64,000 bases of DNA from Octopus sinensis (taxonomy: Eukaryota), in NCBI RefSeq assembly GCF_006345805.1, contig NC_043022.1, forward strand, positions 21,576,001 to 21,640,000, given 5' to 3'. A program made the translations under genes and the position numbers. Every line of letters starts with the position of its first letter. Within the stretch, counting starts at the first letter, position 1. Below, piece after piece: positions 25,288-38,924 of the stretch. The notes under the pieces are model-generated. The model was given only the letters and a program-made list of their open reading frames with translations, was not told where the DNA came from and did not search any database.

Positions 25288-25690
25288 GGTTGCTAAAAAG
25301 TTCCTGGCTTGAAGGATATCACAAAAGGCCTGGTTGGAGGCCCAATCTTCCCAGTTCTTTTACAGGGCTTAGGAAAAACTGAAGGACCACTGCAATAAGC
25401 ATGTGAATCTAAGAGAGGAATATTGTCATCATCATTATCATCTACACTAGCGTGACAGAGAAGCCAGGTCATACCTGTAATAAACCCAATTCTTAGATAT
25501 GGATGGGTGCGTTCGACCGTGCGCGAGGCAGCGGGAACAGCAACACCATGGATAGTGTGTGAGTGTAGGGACGCCTAACCTGGACAGATCGGCCGAAAGT
25601 GTCAGTGATCAATGTTCAGATGGATCACCAAGAATAAAATTAAATTATAATTAACTGATCCTCCTGTCTTTTCTTTTACCCATCCTCATC
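25288..25690. mobile_element. Tc1/mariner-type MITE carrying a ~205-bp insertion
   Basis: Family sequence breaks at 25425 and resumes at ~25632 (ATAATTAACTGATCCTCCTG). Confidence 0.7.
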
Positions 25691-26489
25691 AAGCAAGAGC
25701 ATGAAGCAACAGCAAGAAGAACATAAAATAAATTCTACAAGGCATTTTTTTACCCAATGCTCTAATGATTCTGCCAAATGTCTTTGGTTTCTAATTTAGA
25801 CACAAGACCAGCAATTTCGAGTGTAGATGTTGGTCGATACCACTGACTCCAGGACTAAAATGTTATTATATTTTACAGATCCCAGAGGGTGCAAAGCAAA
25901 GCTGACCTTGGTGGGATCAAAAGTAGTAGAGGAGGCAATATAAAAAGAAAGAAAAAAAAAACAGGATACAAAGATACAAAATTTAAGGGCTTACATAAAA
26001 GCTAGTAAAAAACAAAAGTAACAACAACAGGTAACAATAAAATCAAAATGAATAAAATAAAAAGTCCCTTATTGGGAAAGAAGACATCCAGCATAAGATA
26101 AGATCTGGTCCACCAAGAACTAGCAAAGCTCAGGTGCTGAGTAGTTTTATGTAGAATCATTATGTTACTTTACCCACATCTCAAACTGGCAATTCACCAT
26201 TGCCCCATTGAATTAGCACTGCCAGACCAGGAATTTCTAGACATTACCCTTAAATCCCAGACCAGACGTTCTCTGGAAGTGACCAGTCATTTAGTTATTG
26301 TCAATGACCAAAGAATTTCTCCAAAAACATAGTCAGTCTTCTCATACCAAATAGTAACAGAGTTAAAATATTCTAAATATTTTACACCCAGACACCCATA
26401 AACACACATAAACATACACCCATAAACATAGTCAGTCTTCTCATACCAAATAGTAACAGAGTTAAAATATTCTAAATATTCTACACCCA

Positions 26490-26882
26490 GACACCCATAA
26501 AATTATTAACCATCTTACAAACAATAACTCTGAGCACCTTTTCAAACTCTACCTGTCTAACACCCGTGGACATGTTTACAAAGTCAGAAAACAGCAGAAA
26601 CATTTTTTCACGCTAAGAGTTGCTGAAGCATGGAACAGACTGCCGGCATCAGTTGTTAGTTGTCGGAGCACTGCATCCTTCAAAACTTCCATGCTTCCTG
26701 AGATTCGCCAACACTACACCTGATTTTCTCCCCTCCAGACACACGCAAGCATGTATCTGACTCATACACTGTTCGCTTTCCAGACATTTTTACATTACTG
26801 CATATACTTTATACGCACTGTTTGACAAGTTGTGGTGCACCTGAGCACTGTATACAATAATTTCATTATTATTATTATTATT
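26490..26882 (+). mobile_element. 5'-truncated CR1/L2-type LINE (ORF2 C-terminus, 3' UTR, (ATT)n tail)
   Basis: 26490-26723 translates DTHKIINHL...NTRGHVYKVRKQQKHFFTLRVAEAWNRLPASVVSCRSTASFK, matching the TRGH..K/FF..RV..WN.LP signature. Confidence 0.88.
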
Positions 26883-26892
26883 TTATTTAAAA

Positions 26893-27214
26893 CAGTGGCT
26901 CCCAACCACTTTTTACCTATGGATCCCTTTGATTACTATTCTATTCTAGTGGACCTCCATAACCATTTGATGCTTAAAAATTAGTTTTATAGAAACTTCT
27001 TCAAAATCCCTATTTTGTTTTTCACATGTTAACTTGCACAGGTTCAACTATGTTTAACGTTAAAAAAAAAAACCTAGTCGTTTCTTGCAATACGTACATC
27101 TGAAACAAAAATTTTTCACAGACCCTTAAAATACTACTGTGGATCCTCCCAAATTTATTATTTTGCTTGTGTGAACCCCGAAAAATATCAAGTGGACCCC
27201 AGTTGAGAACAACT
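26893..27214. mobile_element. hAT-type MITE
   Basis: TIRs CAGTGGCTCCCAAC / GTTGAGAACAACTG; imperfect 8-bp TSD ATTTAAAA/TTCTAAAA. Confidence 0.7.
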
Positions 27215-27890
27215 GTTCTAAAATAAAGTCTGAATGAATGATAAGAGGAAAGAAATAAAGAACTCTTGTGCACACACACACACACACACATGCGTGCGCA
27301 CACATATGTGCAAGCACGCACACACATGCACACAAAATTGTTGAAGTCATTCCTTAGATTATACATTTCTTGGTTTTGTCTGTTAATCAATTATCCATTC
27401 CATTTGGAAAGTAACATCAGGAATTAAAATACAATCAAGAATATAATTATTTCTTCTTTTAGAAGAAAGTATCCAATAATTTTCAAAAGCATTGAGTACT
27501 CTTTGCTTGGTGTATATCTTTTTTTTTTACTTCACTTTTTTACACTATATATAGGTATTGTTTTCTTATTTTATTAGTATTTTGATTAATAAAATCAAAA
27601 CTAAACAAGTCAAGAAGAGGAAGCTTTGGGAAAGATTTATAGAAACAAAATATGCAAGAAATTTTACATTATATAAATTGGAAAAGAAGGAAAAAGAAAT
27701 CAAAACTAACCTGATGTATAATCTTGGCTTGCAATTCCAGTGTAAGAAGTGACTGTGAAATAGAAAAAGAATATATATATATATACATATTTACATATTT
27801 ACATATATGTATGTGTGGGGGATATATAATAGTGGGTATGCACACACACAAACAAGTATGCATGTGAGTATATATATATATATATATATC

Positions 27891-27921
<31 letters not shown>

Positions 27922-29661
27922 TTATATAGGGAGAATTCATGAAAAAAACAAAAGACAAAGACAGGTGCTGTAGACAACAAACAGATGTATTATTTTAATG
28001 CTTGGGAAGTGTAAAAGTCTTTAGCATTTTGAAACAAACAGATGTATTAGTATGATGCTCGGGAAGTGAGTAAGTCTTTAACATTTCGAGCCACAGAAAG
28101 GAACGCAAAAAGAAACGAGGAGAGAAAATAAAGAATGTGTAGTAGCTAGCAATCTATCAGGAAGTCAAAACAGAGCTGGAACAAATACCATCAAATATTT
28201 TTTCCAATACTCTTCTGCTATTTCTCCAGTTTTAATTATAATCATTTCTAACACAGGCACAGGACCTGAAGCTTTGAGGGAGAGATTAGTTGATTAAATT
28301 TAACCCAGTAATTGACTTATTTTATCAACCCAGAAAGTGTAACAATAAAGATCCACAAAAAAGTGTCACAAGACAGTTTTTCCTGGTGCTCTACTGGCTC
28401 TACCAATAACAATTATTTCTAATTTATGTACAAGGCCATCAATTTTAAGCAGTGAGGGTCAGCTGATAAGACCAATCCCGGTACTTAACTGATATTTTAT
28501 TATCTATGTTTTACTGACTCTAGAGGGATGAAAGGCAAAGTTGACCCCAGCAGGATTCAAACTCAGAACGTAAGAACCAAAAAGAAAAAAAATCCACAAA
28601 ACACTTCTTCTGATGTTCTAATGATCTAATAATACAGAAAGTTTGCTGCCTCATAATAATGATATTAAATGGCGAAAATTTTCCAACACACTGCTTTATA
28701 GGAAGTCAGTGATGCAAGAATTGCTAAGATTGAAAGTAGAACAAGGAGATAAATATAGCATTGAAATGAGTGCTGACTGATGAACAAGGGTGAAACAAGG
28801 GGTTGTTTAACTTGTTTTTAAGATTATTTTATAGCATGCATGAAATCACAGTGTTTGGGAGAGTTGGGTGAGAGATAGGATGACTACAGGTCATATAAAA
28901 ACAGTTTTGAACAAGGTAACATAGTAACTGCCAGGTAAATTAAAAGGTAGAAAACTGTCATAAAGATAAAATGCTAATTTGCTTTTATATAAATCAACCA
29001 GACACAGAAATAAGTTCCCTTTGGAAAATTAACAATCTTTCTCTTCAAAAATTTTTCCCAGAGGGTAAAAAATATATTGTTCAACATAACACTTGTTTAC
29101 AAAAAAAAAAAGAAAAAGATAGAAAAAGAAAAAAATGCAAAGAGTAATATAAATTAGGAATAAAAGAGTTCTGACATTTCTGGAAGAACCTTTCCAGCAA
29201 ACAAATTGCATTTACTGTATGCCAATGCACACAATCAGAAATTTCCTTGAATTTATTTTCTTTTAATACTGGTTTCCTTTTGTAGAATCCACATGAATGT
29301 CCTAAAAGTTATAAATCTTCTTTTCTAAATTGCACACGTTCATTAAATCAGGCACATATATTTTGTTTTGTTTTATTCTTTGTGGGTAAATTTTTAACCT
29401 TTTAACAACCATATTTCTACGTAAATGCACTTGCCCTGTATTTTAATTATTGATTTTAAAAGTAATAAAGAACTTTTAAGGATTTAATAAAATAACTGAG
29501 TTTCTAGTTATTAAAGCCAGCATTTGGAACATAACTGAAGTAAAAGGTTCTTACTTAAAGTTATGGTAGAAGCTGTTAATTCAAATATGAAAACACTGAA
29601 ATGAGAAATTTCATGTCACAGAGCCAGAAGTATTCTCAGATGGACTTGTATCAAAAGAGAT

Positions 29662-29887
29662 AATCCTTTAGCATTTAAACTGGCCATATCCAGCCAAAAT
29701 ATTCTCTCTGTTCTACGTTCAAATCAGCAAGATCTGGCCTCTCATACCTAACCTACAATGTTATTCTAAAAATAAACAATCACATCATCAAAATCTAGAA
29801 GCCACAAGGTAATGCATGATTAGTTTAAAACAATGTGAATCAATAAACATTACATTTGACAGAGTAATCTGAATAATGAAGAGTTAA
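29662..29887. mobile_element. MITE P1
   Basis: ATCCTTTAGCATTTAAACTGGCC...GAAGAGTTAA. Confidence 0.8.
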
Positions 29888-30365
29888 CCCACTGGGGACA
29901 GAGCCTCATTTGGAGTTTCAGTGCCAAGAAGACGGAGCCCTTTTCCCAAGCCCTACAGAGGACATGCTCTTATTTTTCAAAAAAAAAAAAGAAAGAAAAG
30001 AAAAACAGAAAACAAAAAAAATAAAAAATAAAGTAATTACTTTTCATATATAAAACTAAATATATTCCTGTAGGAAATTGAATGAACTAATACAATCTTC
30101 TTTGTCATTTGTCTTTTTGGCCGACAGATCGGCCCCATCGTCTCCTAAGGGTTAAACTATCTTGTTTTAATGATCCAGCTAGTTTGTGAATAAATAAGGC
30201 AGACAGTTTAAGAGATATTATATCAGTGTTAACCCTTTAGAAATGAAGCACTACTTATATTTCTACAAATTAAGAAGTGAAAACCCTTTGATAAGATACA
30301 AGTAGAATAACTGCATTTTCATTAAGTTCAAAAGTAAATTGATCTCTGTCAGTTTCAATGATGAT

Positions 30366-30716
30366 GCCGTGGTGATCTCATTCTCGCTCACAACATCATA
30401 AGCAGAAAGTGTAACCTCTCGAAAGAGCTGTTCTTCACTCCTGCTCCAGAGCGTCGGCTGCGGTGTCACTCCAAAAAGCTCTATCTGCGACGATTTCATC
30501 TCAATCGAAGGAGAGGGGCTTTCTCCGTCCGGGTTGTGGATCTGTGAAATAAGCTGCCGGATGAGATAGTGAAGATGCCGACGACCGCTCGGTTCAAAGT
30601 CTCTCTTGACCAGAAATGGCCTGAACTCTTTGCATGAACACCCTCCCTGTACATAACTCCATGTCCCCCTACATGGCCTTGCTTTTCGCTTTTTGAGCCC
30701 AAAAATTAACTTAACA
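30366..30716 (+). mobile_element. Second, distinct 5'-truncated CR1-type LINE
   Basis: 30368-30637 translates RGDLILAHNIIS...LRCHSKKLYLRRFHLNRRRGAFSVRVVDL*NKLPDEIV...FKVSLD; W-to-stop at 30545. Confidence 0.88.
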
Positions 30717-30798
30717 GTAATCATTCTGCATCTTGATCTAATGAACTTCCTGTTCATTGAATTAGCATAGAACTGGTGGGTTGTTTCACAGACATATT

Positions 30799-30997
30799 AG
30801 GGGATACTGAAAAGTTCCTGACTTTAAGAGTATCATGAAAGCCTGGTTGGAGTCAAGTGCTTTTACGGGGCTTAGAAAAACAGAAGGACCACTGCAATAA
30901 GTGTGTGAATCTGAGAGGGGAATGTTGCATAAAATCATAATTAACTGATCCTCCTGTCTTTTCTTTACCTAAAGCCAGGAACTTTTCAGCACACCCT
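30799..30997. mobile_element. Tc1/mariner-type MITE
   Basis: GGGGATACTGAAAAGTTCCTG...CCAGGAACTTTTCAGCACACC. Confidence 0.78.
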
Positions 30998-31274
30998 CAT
31001 ATGTACCATTAACATAGTTTTCAGCCAGAATCAGTGTGACAATGCTACAAATTTGAATTATGATCTATCTGATGGGCTTCCATGCAGCTTTTCTCTACCC
31101 AGTTTCACTCATGAGGCTTGGGTCAAACCAAGCTTCATTTTTTGTTATTTACTCATTCTCATTTAATTGTATATATTTTAATTGTTTGTTTATTCATACA
31201 TTTCGTCTCATTCGATACCCTGACCCCAATGTTTGTTTTGTTCCCTCTTTTTCTCAACCTTATGGTGAATAAAG

Positions 31275-31310
<36 letters not shown>

Positions 31311-32273
31311 AAAGTGCCACACAGTGGGAATGAACCTTAAACCATGTAGTTGAGAAGTAAGCTTCTTACCACACAGCCACGCCTGTGCCATGTCTGTGAT
31401 TTAGTAAAATCTTAGTCCAAAATTGATTTCATGTGCTATCTTCAGATGCAGTGTAAGTAAGGAGCATCGATGAACTATGAAATGTTACACTTAAAAACAG
31501 CTACAGTTGGGAAGTGGACATGCTGTCCCAGAAAACATCAGAGAAAAGCTACTTCAAAATTGATAAAAGACAAGGAAAAAAAAAAAACTTAAAAGATTTT
31601 CATGTTAATGCAAATGTGTAGAAGTTTCATGCCTGTAATTACAAATGAAGGATATTTTATTCATTAAAATTCAAAAAAGAAAACCTGAAACTTTTTTTAA
31701 CGCATTCACTCCCAGCTTTCCTAAAATGTGTGTGGGTGTGCACGCGTGTGTTTTGAACCAAATAAATAAATTCACATATAATTGAAAACCTTGTGTATGA
31801 ACTGTTATCTGTCAGAATTTTAAATAATCATTGGAAAAGGAAACTTCTTTCCTTTTTGTTTTTTGACAAGTCAGTTCATTTCCTTGAAGTATAGTAAATG
31901 TATCGGTATTGATTCTGTTATTTATTTTGGTCTTTGTTTTGAATCTGAAATTCTAACGGAAGAACCGTTCATTCTTTGATATTAGTCTCACAACAAAAGT
32001 GACTCTGTATGCCAGTAATTGATTGGGATATTGATTGATTGTTCCCTGTACCTCTGGGAGGAGTCTCTAGGGTGTTGCTTATAATGTACCCTGGCAGCAG
32101 AAGCAGTAGCAACATGAGATAAATGCATAGTTTTCAATGAAGACTATTTCAGTTCAGCACTTTGCAAATTAACAAAACATCTTTATTCTTGTTGATGTTC
32201 AGCTCTAGCTTAGCTTCCAACTAGCATAGGAGTTTTTTCAATTTTTTTTTCTTTTTAATTATCCCCTCTTTTC

Positions 32274-32501
32274 TTAACCCTTTCGTTACCGCATTTATTT
32301 TGAGATGCTCTGTGTTTCTTTCAATTATTTTAGATATAACAAAGAATTTAGCAAAATAACTTAGTTATCATTAAGCTAGTGTTAGGATCATAAATTGTGA
32401 CTAAGATTTGGTGGAAGATTTTAATTCAAAACTTATGAAAACAAGACATTTATAATCAGATACAGAGCCAGTTTCAGTCGGGTTAGTAACGAAAGGGTTA
32501 A
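32274..32501. mobile_element. piggyBac-type MITE P2
   Basis: TTAA-CCCTTTCGTTAC...GTAACGAAAGGG-TTAA, perfect TIRs. Confidence 0.9.
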
Positions 32502-32559
32502 AGTAACATGGTTTAAATGACACCCCACTTAACCCAATCCACCCACTGCCATTTTCAAC

Positions 32560-32774
32560 CATTTAGCATTCAAATTGCTCTGTCATATGTAATGCTTACT
32601 AATTGACATTGCTTATCATGAATTATCTCATAGCTTCAAGATTTTGATGATGTAATTCTTTATCTTTAGAATGACATTGTAGGGTAGGTGTAAGAGGCCA
32701 GATCAAGCCAGTTTGAACATTCCCCAGGTAGAATATTTTAACTGGATGTGGCCAGTTTAAATGTTAAAGGGTTA
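32560..32774. mobile_element. Degenerate MITE P1
   Basis: Internal P1 match; ends GTTAAAGGGTTAA. Confidence 0.75.
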
Positions 32775-33060
32775 ATGTACATGTAATATCAGGCCAGGCT
32801 AACATAGTTCTGGGTATTAGTTTGATGTGGCTGACTACTTACATAGCACCATGCTACTATAAACAAATACTATAAGGCGTAGGTGGTATGTTCTTGGTTT
32901 GGTTTACTTGTTCACATTTTAAAGTGGAGACACAACAGAGTGCTAGAAGAGCTAAATCATTCAATCAGGAGTCAGATGCAGTCTGAAGCCACGAACTTGG
33001 TCCTTATGTTTGTAATGGAAGGGAAGGAGAAGTGGTTTGGATCAAAAAAGATACTTACTT

Positions 33061-33464
33061 TCTCTCTTTTCTCTCTCTTTTACTTGTTTCAGTCATTTGA
33101 CTGTGGCCATGCTGGAGCACCGCCTTTAGTCAAGCAGATCGACCCCAGGACTTATTCTTTGTAAGCCCAGTATTTATTCTATCAGTCTCTTTTGCCGAAC
33201 TGCTAAGTGACAGGGACATTAACACACCAGCATCGGTTGTCAAGCAATGCTAAGGGGACAAACACAGACACACAAACATACACACATATATATATATATA
33301 TATATACATATATACAACAGGCTTCTTTCAGTCTACCAAATCCATTCACAAGGCATTGGTCAGCCGGGGGCTATAGCAGAAGACACTTGCCCAAGATGCC
33401 ACGCAGTGGGACTGAAGCCGGAACCATGTGGTTAGTAAGCAAGCTACTCACCACACAGCCACTC
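33061..33464 (-). mobile_element. SINE family A
   Basis: Matches family A. Confidence 0.92.
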
Positions 33465-33489
33465 AATCATGAAGTTGGACAAAATCTAC

Positions 33490-34050
33490 TCAGACTTGAA
33501 GGGGAATGAGAACTATATGCATACTGTCCAGACTGGGGCAAAAACTATCCAAGTTTCATCAGTATGACAGGACAAGGACTAGATATTTTTTCTTTTGTTG
33601 AATCATTTTTGGTTGAGCTCACAGAAACAATACCAATTCAAGATGAGGAAGTATGATGACCTTGTGAAAGAACTAAGAAAGAAGGGGTACCATTGCACAG
33701 TAAATGTAGCAGAAGTTGCTACATAGTGGTTTGCTACAGTGTCCTCCATGTGGCAGCTACTAGGTCAGTTCAGAATCTATTTTTCTTCTTTACTATTAAT
33801 GTCCATTCTCCATGCTAGCATGGGTTGGGTGGCTTGACCAGGGCTGGTAAGCTGAGGGGCTGCACCAGACTCCAATCTGATTTGGCATGGTTTCTACGCT
33901 GGATGGCCTTCCTAACACCAACTACTCCAAAAGTGTGATGGGTGGCTTTACGTGCCACCAGCACGACACCTGTATCTGCCATAACTACGATTTTACTTGG
34001 CGTGATGGGGACAATGAAACACCTGTCAGAGACAGCTGAGAAGAGGATAG
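33490..34050 (+). mobile_element. Decayed restriction-like-endonuclease (RLE) LINE C-terminus, interrupted by a minus-strand family D SINE (~33808-33995)
   Basis: Frameshifted peptides FLVELT, KYDDLVKELRKKGYHCTVNVAEV and MKHLSETAEK resemble the VELT..KY..L...G..EVG..LSEAAE pattern of Hero/NeSL/R4-like elements. Confidence 0.5.
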
Positions 34051-35868
34051 GTGGAACTGAAAAAGAATACAGCAAGCCACTAAACATAGGAGAAAGGAAA
34101 CTCAGGTTGAAACAGCGCAAATTCATGTAGTGGTCAGTGTGGCCAAGCAACAAGCTCACTTGAGATCAAGCTTCACTAAAGGTCATATTTAAATAACATC
34201 AGGAGGACACCTAAGAGTCACTACCTAAGTGGGCCAGTTCCCTTAGAGTGTCAGGAACTAATTGGCTGAAGTACTTGTTTGATGCGACTTCTTCCTCTGA
34301 GGATTTCACTTGCTGTCCACTCACTTTGTAGCAAGTTTCTGCTCACTATTACATTAAAAAAAGTACTTTTAAAATTATTATTTAAATAGGTGACAAAAAC
34401 TGAAAACATTAAAAAATGCATCTATTGCTCCACCTACCATCCACTTAGTTCCCAATACTCCTCTAAGCTTTTTCTATCACCCTCTCCCCAGGAGTACCAT
34501 CCACTTTGAGAAGCACTGATTTTGCTGATATGGCCATCTTGACTTATATTCAGATATATTAGGCAATATGTCCTTTTAGTTATTATTTAGCTCTAGATCT
34601 GTAAAGTGGGAAGCTGGCAGAGTTGTTAGCATGCTGAACAAAAATGCTTTGTAGCATTTCTTCTGTTCTGAGTTCAAATTCCTCCAAGGCTGACTTTGCC
34701 TTTCATCCTTATTTCATCAGGTGAAATAACTACCAGTTATGCATTGGGATCAATGTAATTGACTAGCCCCTACCCCCAAAATTTCAGGCCTTGTGCCTAT
34801 AGTAGATAGGATAATTTAGCTCCAAATCATCTGTAATCTAGCAGACCTTTGATGAAAGATGACCCAGCCATGATCAGCCTATCTTTTATTCAGGAATAGT
34901 GTACCAAGTTCTAGATTATCCAACGTATCCTTTCATTGTTTAGCTCTAGATCAACTCTGACCCCAACTGACCTTATAATCAAAGGTCTTCTGGATAAGAC
35001 CATTCCATCCTTTCTTCAGACATAGTATATCTTTGTCAGCTTTATTTATAGTATCCTGCTAATTTGAAGCCCGTACTGATGGTGGGGTTGGGTGATTTGA
35101 AGTTAGATTTGGTTGCTATTTATAGCAGGTCAAGTGACCACAGAATCTCCTGCATTAGCTTGCAAATTCAGGTTTTATTTGTGACGTATATTTGCCATTT
35201 AAATATGGCTAACCCCTAAGGGTGGATGCTACTGTAGTTTGTAGCCCCAAGAGGATACCTCCTCCAGCTAGCTTTAGACACACTTTCTGTGCCCTATCAG
35301 TATTTGCAAAGGGAAGCCATCCTTCCCGCCATCTTCAGCTTATGATACACATGGACACGCCGATGACGGGTCAATACTCAGGTTTTTTTTGGGTTTTTTT
35401 CATTCTCTAGATCTGACTGTTCTCCCTCTCACATATTAAATGATTATAACTAGAAAGCTAACATGGTCTTTGATACTCAGTACTAAACTCATGTAACATA
35501 TTTAGACACCTTGGTTTTGTTGCTGACCAATAAAACATGATCTCTCAGAGGGTGTTTAAATGTCTGCATTCAGGGCTGTTACAGCTGTTAATGTAGTCAT
35601 CTTGTCTTTTGTCCTGTGTTTCTATCTAATCTACATTCTCCATTGATATATTCATGTCTTATCTTGAAGAGTAACATACCTACCTACCTACCTTCCTACC
35701 TACCTACCTACCTTTTTCCATTCCTTCCTTCCTCCCTCCTTCCCATCCTTCCTTCTTCCTTCCTCCTGAGTGTATGTGTCTGTATTGTGTATTCTTTATG
35801 TAAAATCATGCATAAAGAACCAAATAAAAGAACACTTAAATAGAGAATTTTCAGTGGTTGCCTATGTC

Positions 35869-35916
<48 letters not shown>

Positions 35917-36170
35917 TATGTGCTTGTGTATGTGTGTGCATGTGCGATATGTATATGCTATTTTCGTCATTCAGTTTTATGTCCATCTTCCATGCTGGGT
36001 TAGGGAAAAACTTGTTGAGGCAGATTTTCTATGATGGATATTCTTGTCATCAACTCCTACCTGTTTTCCAAGTGTGGTAAATATTTTATTCTACTGGCCT
36101 TCTACACTGAAAGCTGTAACTACAGGATATTTCACTTACATATATACATCAGAATATGTATGAAAGGTAG

Positions 36171-36217
<47 letters not shown>

Positions 36218-36249
36218 ACACACACACACACACCACATACACATAAATG

Positions 36250-36685
36250 CCCTTGAATGTGGTATCATATTCCTTCGGCAACATCTTTTAACCACCAAGT
36301 GTCGAAGTGCATCCCTTGACCAAGTTTGCATACATGAGGCTGATAACATCATAAGACATGGACGGCAGCTCCTTGAGTAACATTCCTTGTCTGATAATCT
36401 AGACTACATGCCCAAGGAAGTTGCACGGCTCTACTGCAACATATCAGATGAACAGATGAGCCTATATGAGCAGAAGACTATGCATGGATATGTTAGTAGA
36501 AAGCTCCCCACTTTGAAGGGTATGCATTTGCAATCTAGGAACAAGAAATATCAACCAAATACCTGATGCACAAAAGGGATAGAGATGCAGGAAAAGCAGT
36601 AAAATGTGACAACCGATGCAAACTTTGTGGAGTTAACACCGAAGATATAACCCACATCATAAGCAGTTGTCTGAAAATGTCATCA
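36250..36685 (+). mobile_element. RLE-type (R4/Dong/NeSL-like) LINE fragment with CCHC knuckle
   Basis: FAI*EQEISTKYLMHKRDRDAGKAVKCDNRCKLCGVNTEDITHIISSC; C-x2-C-x8-H-x4-C at 36617-36670. Confidence 0.72.
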
Positions 36686-37032
36686 TGGTTCTATAAAACA
36701 AGCTTTTAAACATTAAATGGCTATGGGGGTCCACCAGGATAAAATAGTAATCAAAGGGGTCCCTAGATAAAAAAAATGGTTGACACTTCTGCTCTAAAGA
36801 AATTGCGACACTATTTCAGGGAAGAAATAGAGGGAGAAATGCATTAAGATATCATTCTCTCTTCAAACTAAAAACTTGGCCTGAGTATTTGTGAAAAGGT
36901 GAACCCTGCTAAAAGTACACAAGGGTTATTTGGCCATTTTGAACACAAAATAACAAGCACTACAGCCAATACTTTGCAAATGGACTGTCAAATGGAATGG
37001 CAACATTTTAAGTGCAATTATTCTAAATGAGT

Positions 37033-37330
37033 GGAGACACAATGGCCCAGTGGTTAGGGCAGCGGACTCGCGGTTGGAGAATCGTGGTTTCGATTCCCAG
37101 ACCGGGCATTGTGTGTGTTTATTGAGCAAAAACACCTAAAATCTCCACGAGTCTCTGGCAGGGGAGGGGGTTTAACCCCTGTTGTACTCTTTCGCCACAA
37201 CTTTCTCTCATTCTCTCTTCCTGTTTCTTGAGTAACGCTGTGATGGACTGGCATCCCATCCAGCTGGGGGGAACACATACGCCACAGAAACCGGGAAACC
37301 GGGCCCATGAGCCTGGCTAGGCTTGAAAAC
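37033..37330 (+). mobile_element. tRNA-derived SINE family C
   Basis: Head TGGCCCAGTGGTTAGGGCAGCGGACTCGCGG...GGTTTCGATTCCC; GTGATGGACTGGCATCCCATCCAG domain; tail GGGCCCATGAGCCTGGCTAGG. Confidence 0.88.
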
Positions 37331-37586
37331 TCAGGCCAAGTTTTTAGCTTGAAGAGAGAATGATATCTTAATGCATTTATCGGGTCTTCGAAGTCCAGTC
37401 TTTCGTCATAGCCTCAATAGACCAAGATATTTTAATTAACTCCTTATCATTTTCAAAATTAATTGAAATCAATAGAAATATGGTAAGAAAAGGGTTAAAT
37501 AATACAGAGTATTTCTGCTCAAATGTTTGTTTACCCCATGCTAATACACACTCAGGTTCAGTCGACAAAAGTTTACACGCATGTAT

Positions 37587-37818
37587 ATATTTCTTTACTA
37601 CCCACAAGGGGCTAAACATAAAGGGGACAAACAAGGACAGACAAATGGATTAAGTTGATTATATAGACCCCAGTGTGAAACTGGTACTTTATTTATCAAC
37701 CCCGAAAGGATGAAAGGCAAAGTCGACCTCGGCGGAATTTGAACTCAGAACATGACGACAGATGAAATACCGCTAAGCATTTCGCCCGGCGTGTTAACAT
37801 TTCTGCCAGCTCGCCGCC
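37587..37818 (-). mobile_element. Full-length SINE family B with TSD
   Basis: Flanked by AAAAGTTTACAC(G/A)CATG at 37567 and 37820. Confidence 0.9.
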
Positions 37819-38924
37819 AAAAAGTTTACACACATGGTATTGGTCAACTCTAGGCTATGGTAGAAGACAGTTACATACACAAACATAAGAGATGATAATA
37901 TACAAGGACAGACAATCAGTAAAACACAAATCTATTGAATCCTTCAAGATGATGTAAGCCGCGTGTGAATAAATGAATAACATTAAATAAATAAAACAAA
38001 ATGAAATGGAAAATAAGATAGAAACAAAAATCTAATGAACATAAAAAGCTGGAATGGAAAGATATGAAAATGATAGGAAGGTATGACACTGGGGAGGGTG
38101 TGTTGTTGGTGAGAGGGATTATTGGTTAAAAATATGAATATATGAAATTCTCATACATAAAATTTATTGAGCAAAAACAAAACAGAAGAAAAAAAAGGAA
38201 AGAAAGAAAGAAATGGTGAGAGAGAAAAATAGAGTAGAAAGAAAAGAGAAAGGGGGAACAAAACAGAAAAAAAGAAAGAAAAGGTGAGAGAGTAAAAAAA
38301 GAAAGACGGGGGTGGAATCAGAAAAGAAAGAGAAAAATAATGAAAATGAAATAAAATAAAAAGAAGAATGAAGACAAAAAAAAACTGAACAACAAAGAGC
38401 AAGAAAAATATAAGTATCAAAACAGAAAAAAAGAAGAGGTGATATAGGGAGTGGGGGTAGGCGTGGTGGGGGTGGAGAGGAACTGTCTTATCACTGATTC
38501 ACTGCGAATACATAAGACTGAAAGTCTTTTATAAGCCAGCTAATAATTTGATCTCTTCAGGTCTTTTCTACTTACTATCCTGAGACTTTTTGCTAATTTT
38601 CATAGTATTCATTGAATACTTGTGGCATTATTCAGCTCAGATCAAAACTATTTATTGCACAGCTGTTGTGATTGATTATAAACCCCACAAAGTCAATTTA
38701 GAGATAAGCCGCCACATCGCCATTTAGCATGAAAATAGTTGTATTGGCTCATGCATATATGAATGAATGAATCTTACTGAAGTGTGTTTGTACATATGCT
38801 TATGCTCACGGATACTCATACACACACAAATACCACTCGTCCATACTACTTCAAAACATGCAACTGAATGAATGTAACAGGAGCGTAAGGTGCGTATGTA
38901 TGTATGTATATATATATGTATATC

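Noticed and set aside
30263-30757. 164-aa minus-strand ORF
   Set aside because: Antisense shadow of the CR1 LINE fragment on +
37033-37110. tRNA gene (also at 49869, 53448, 59528 and SINE A/B heads)
   Set aside because: tRNA-like A/B boxes continue into SINE bodies; no complete acceptor stem or cloverleaf
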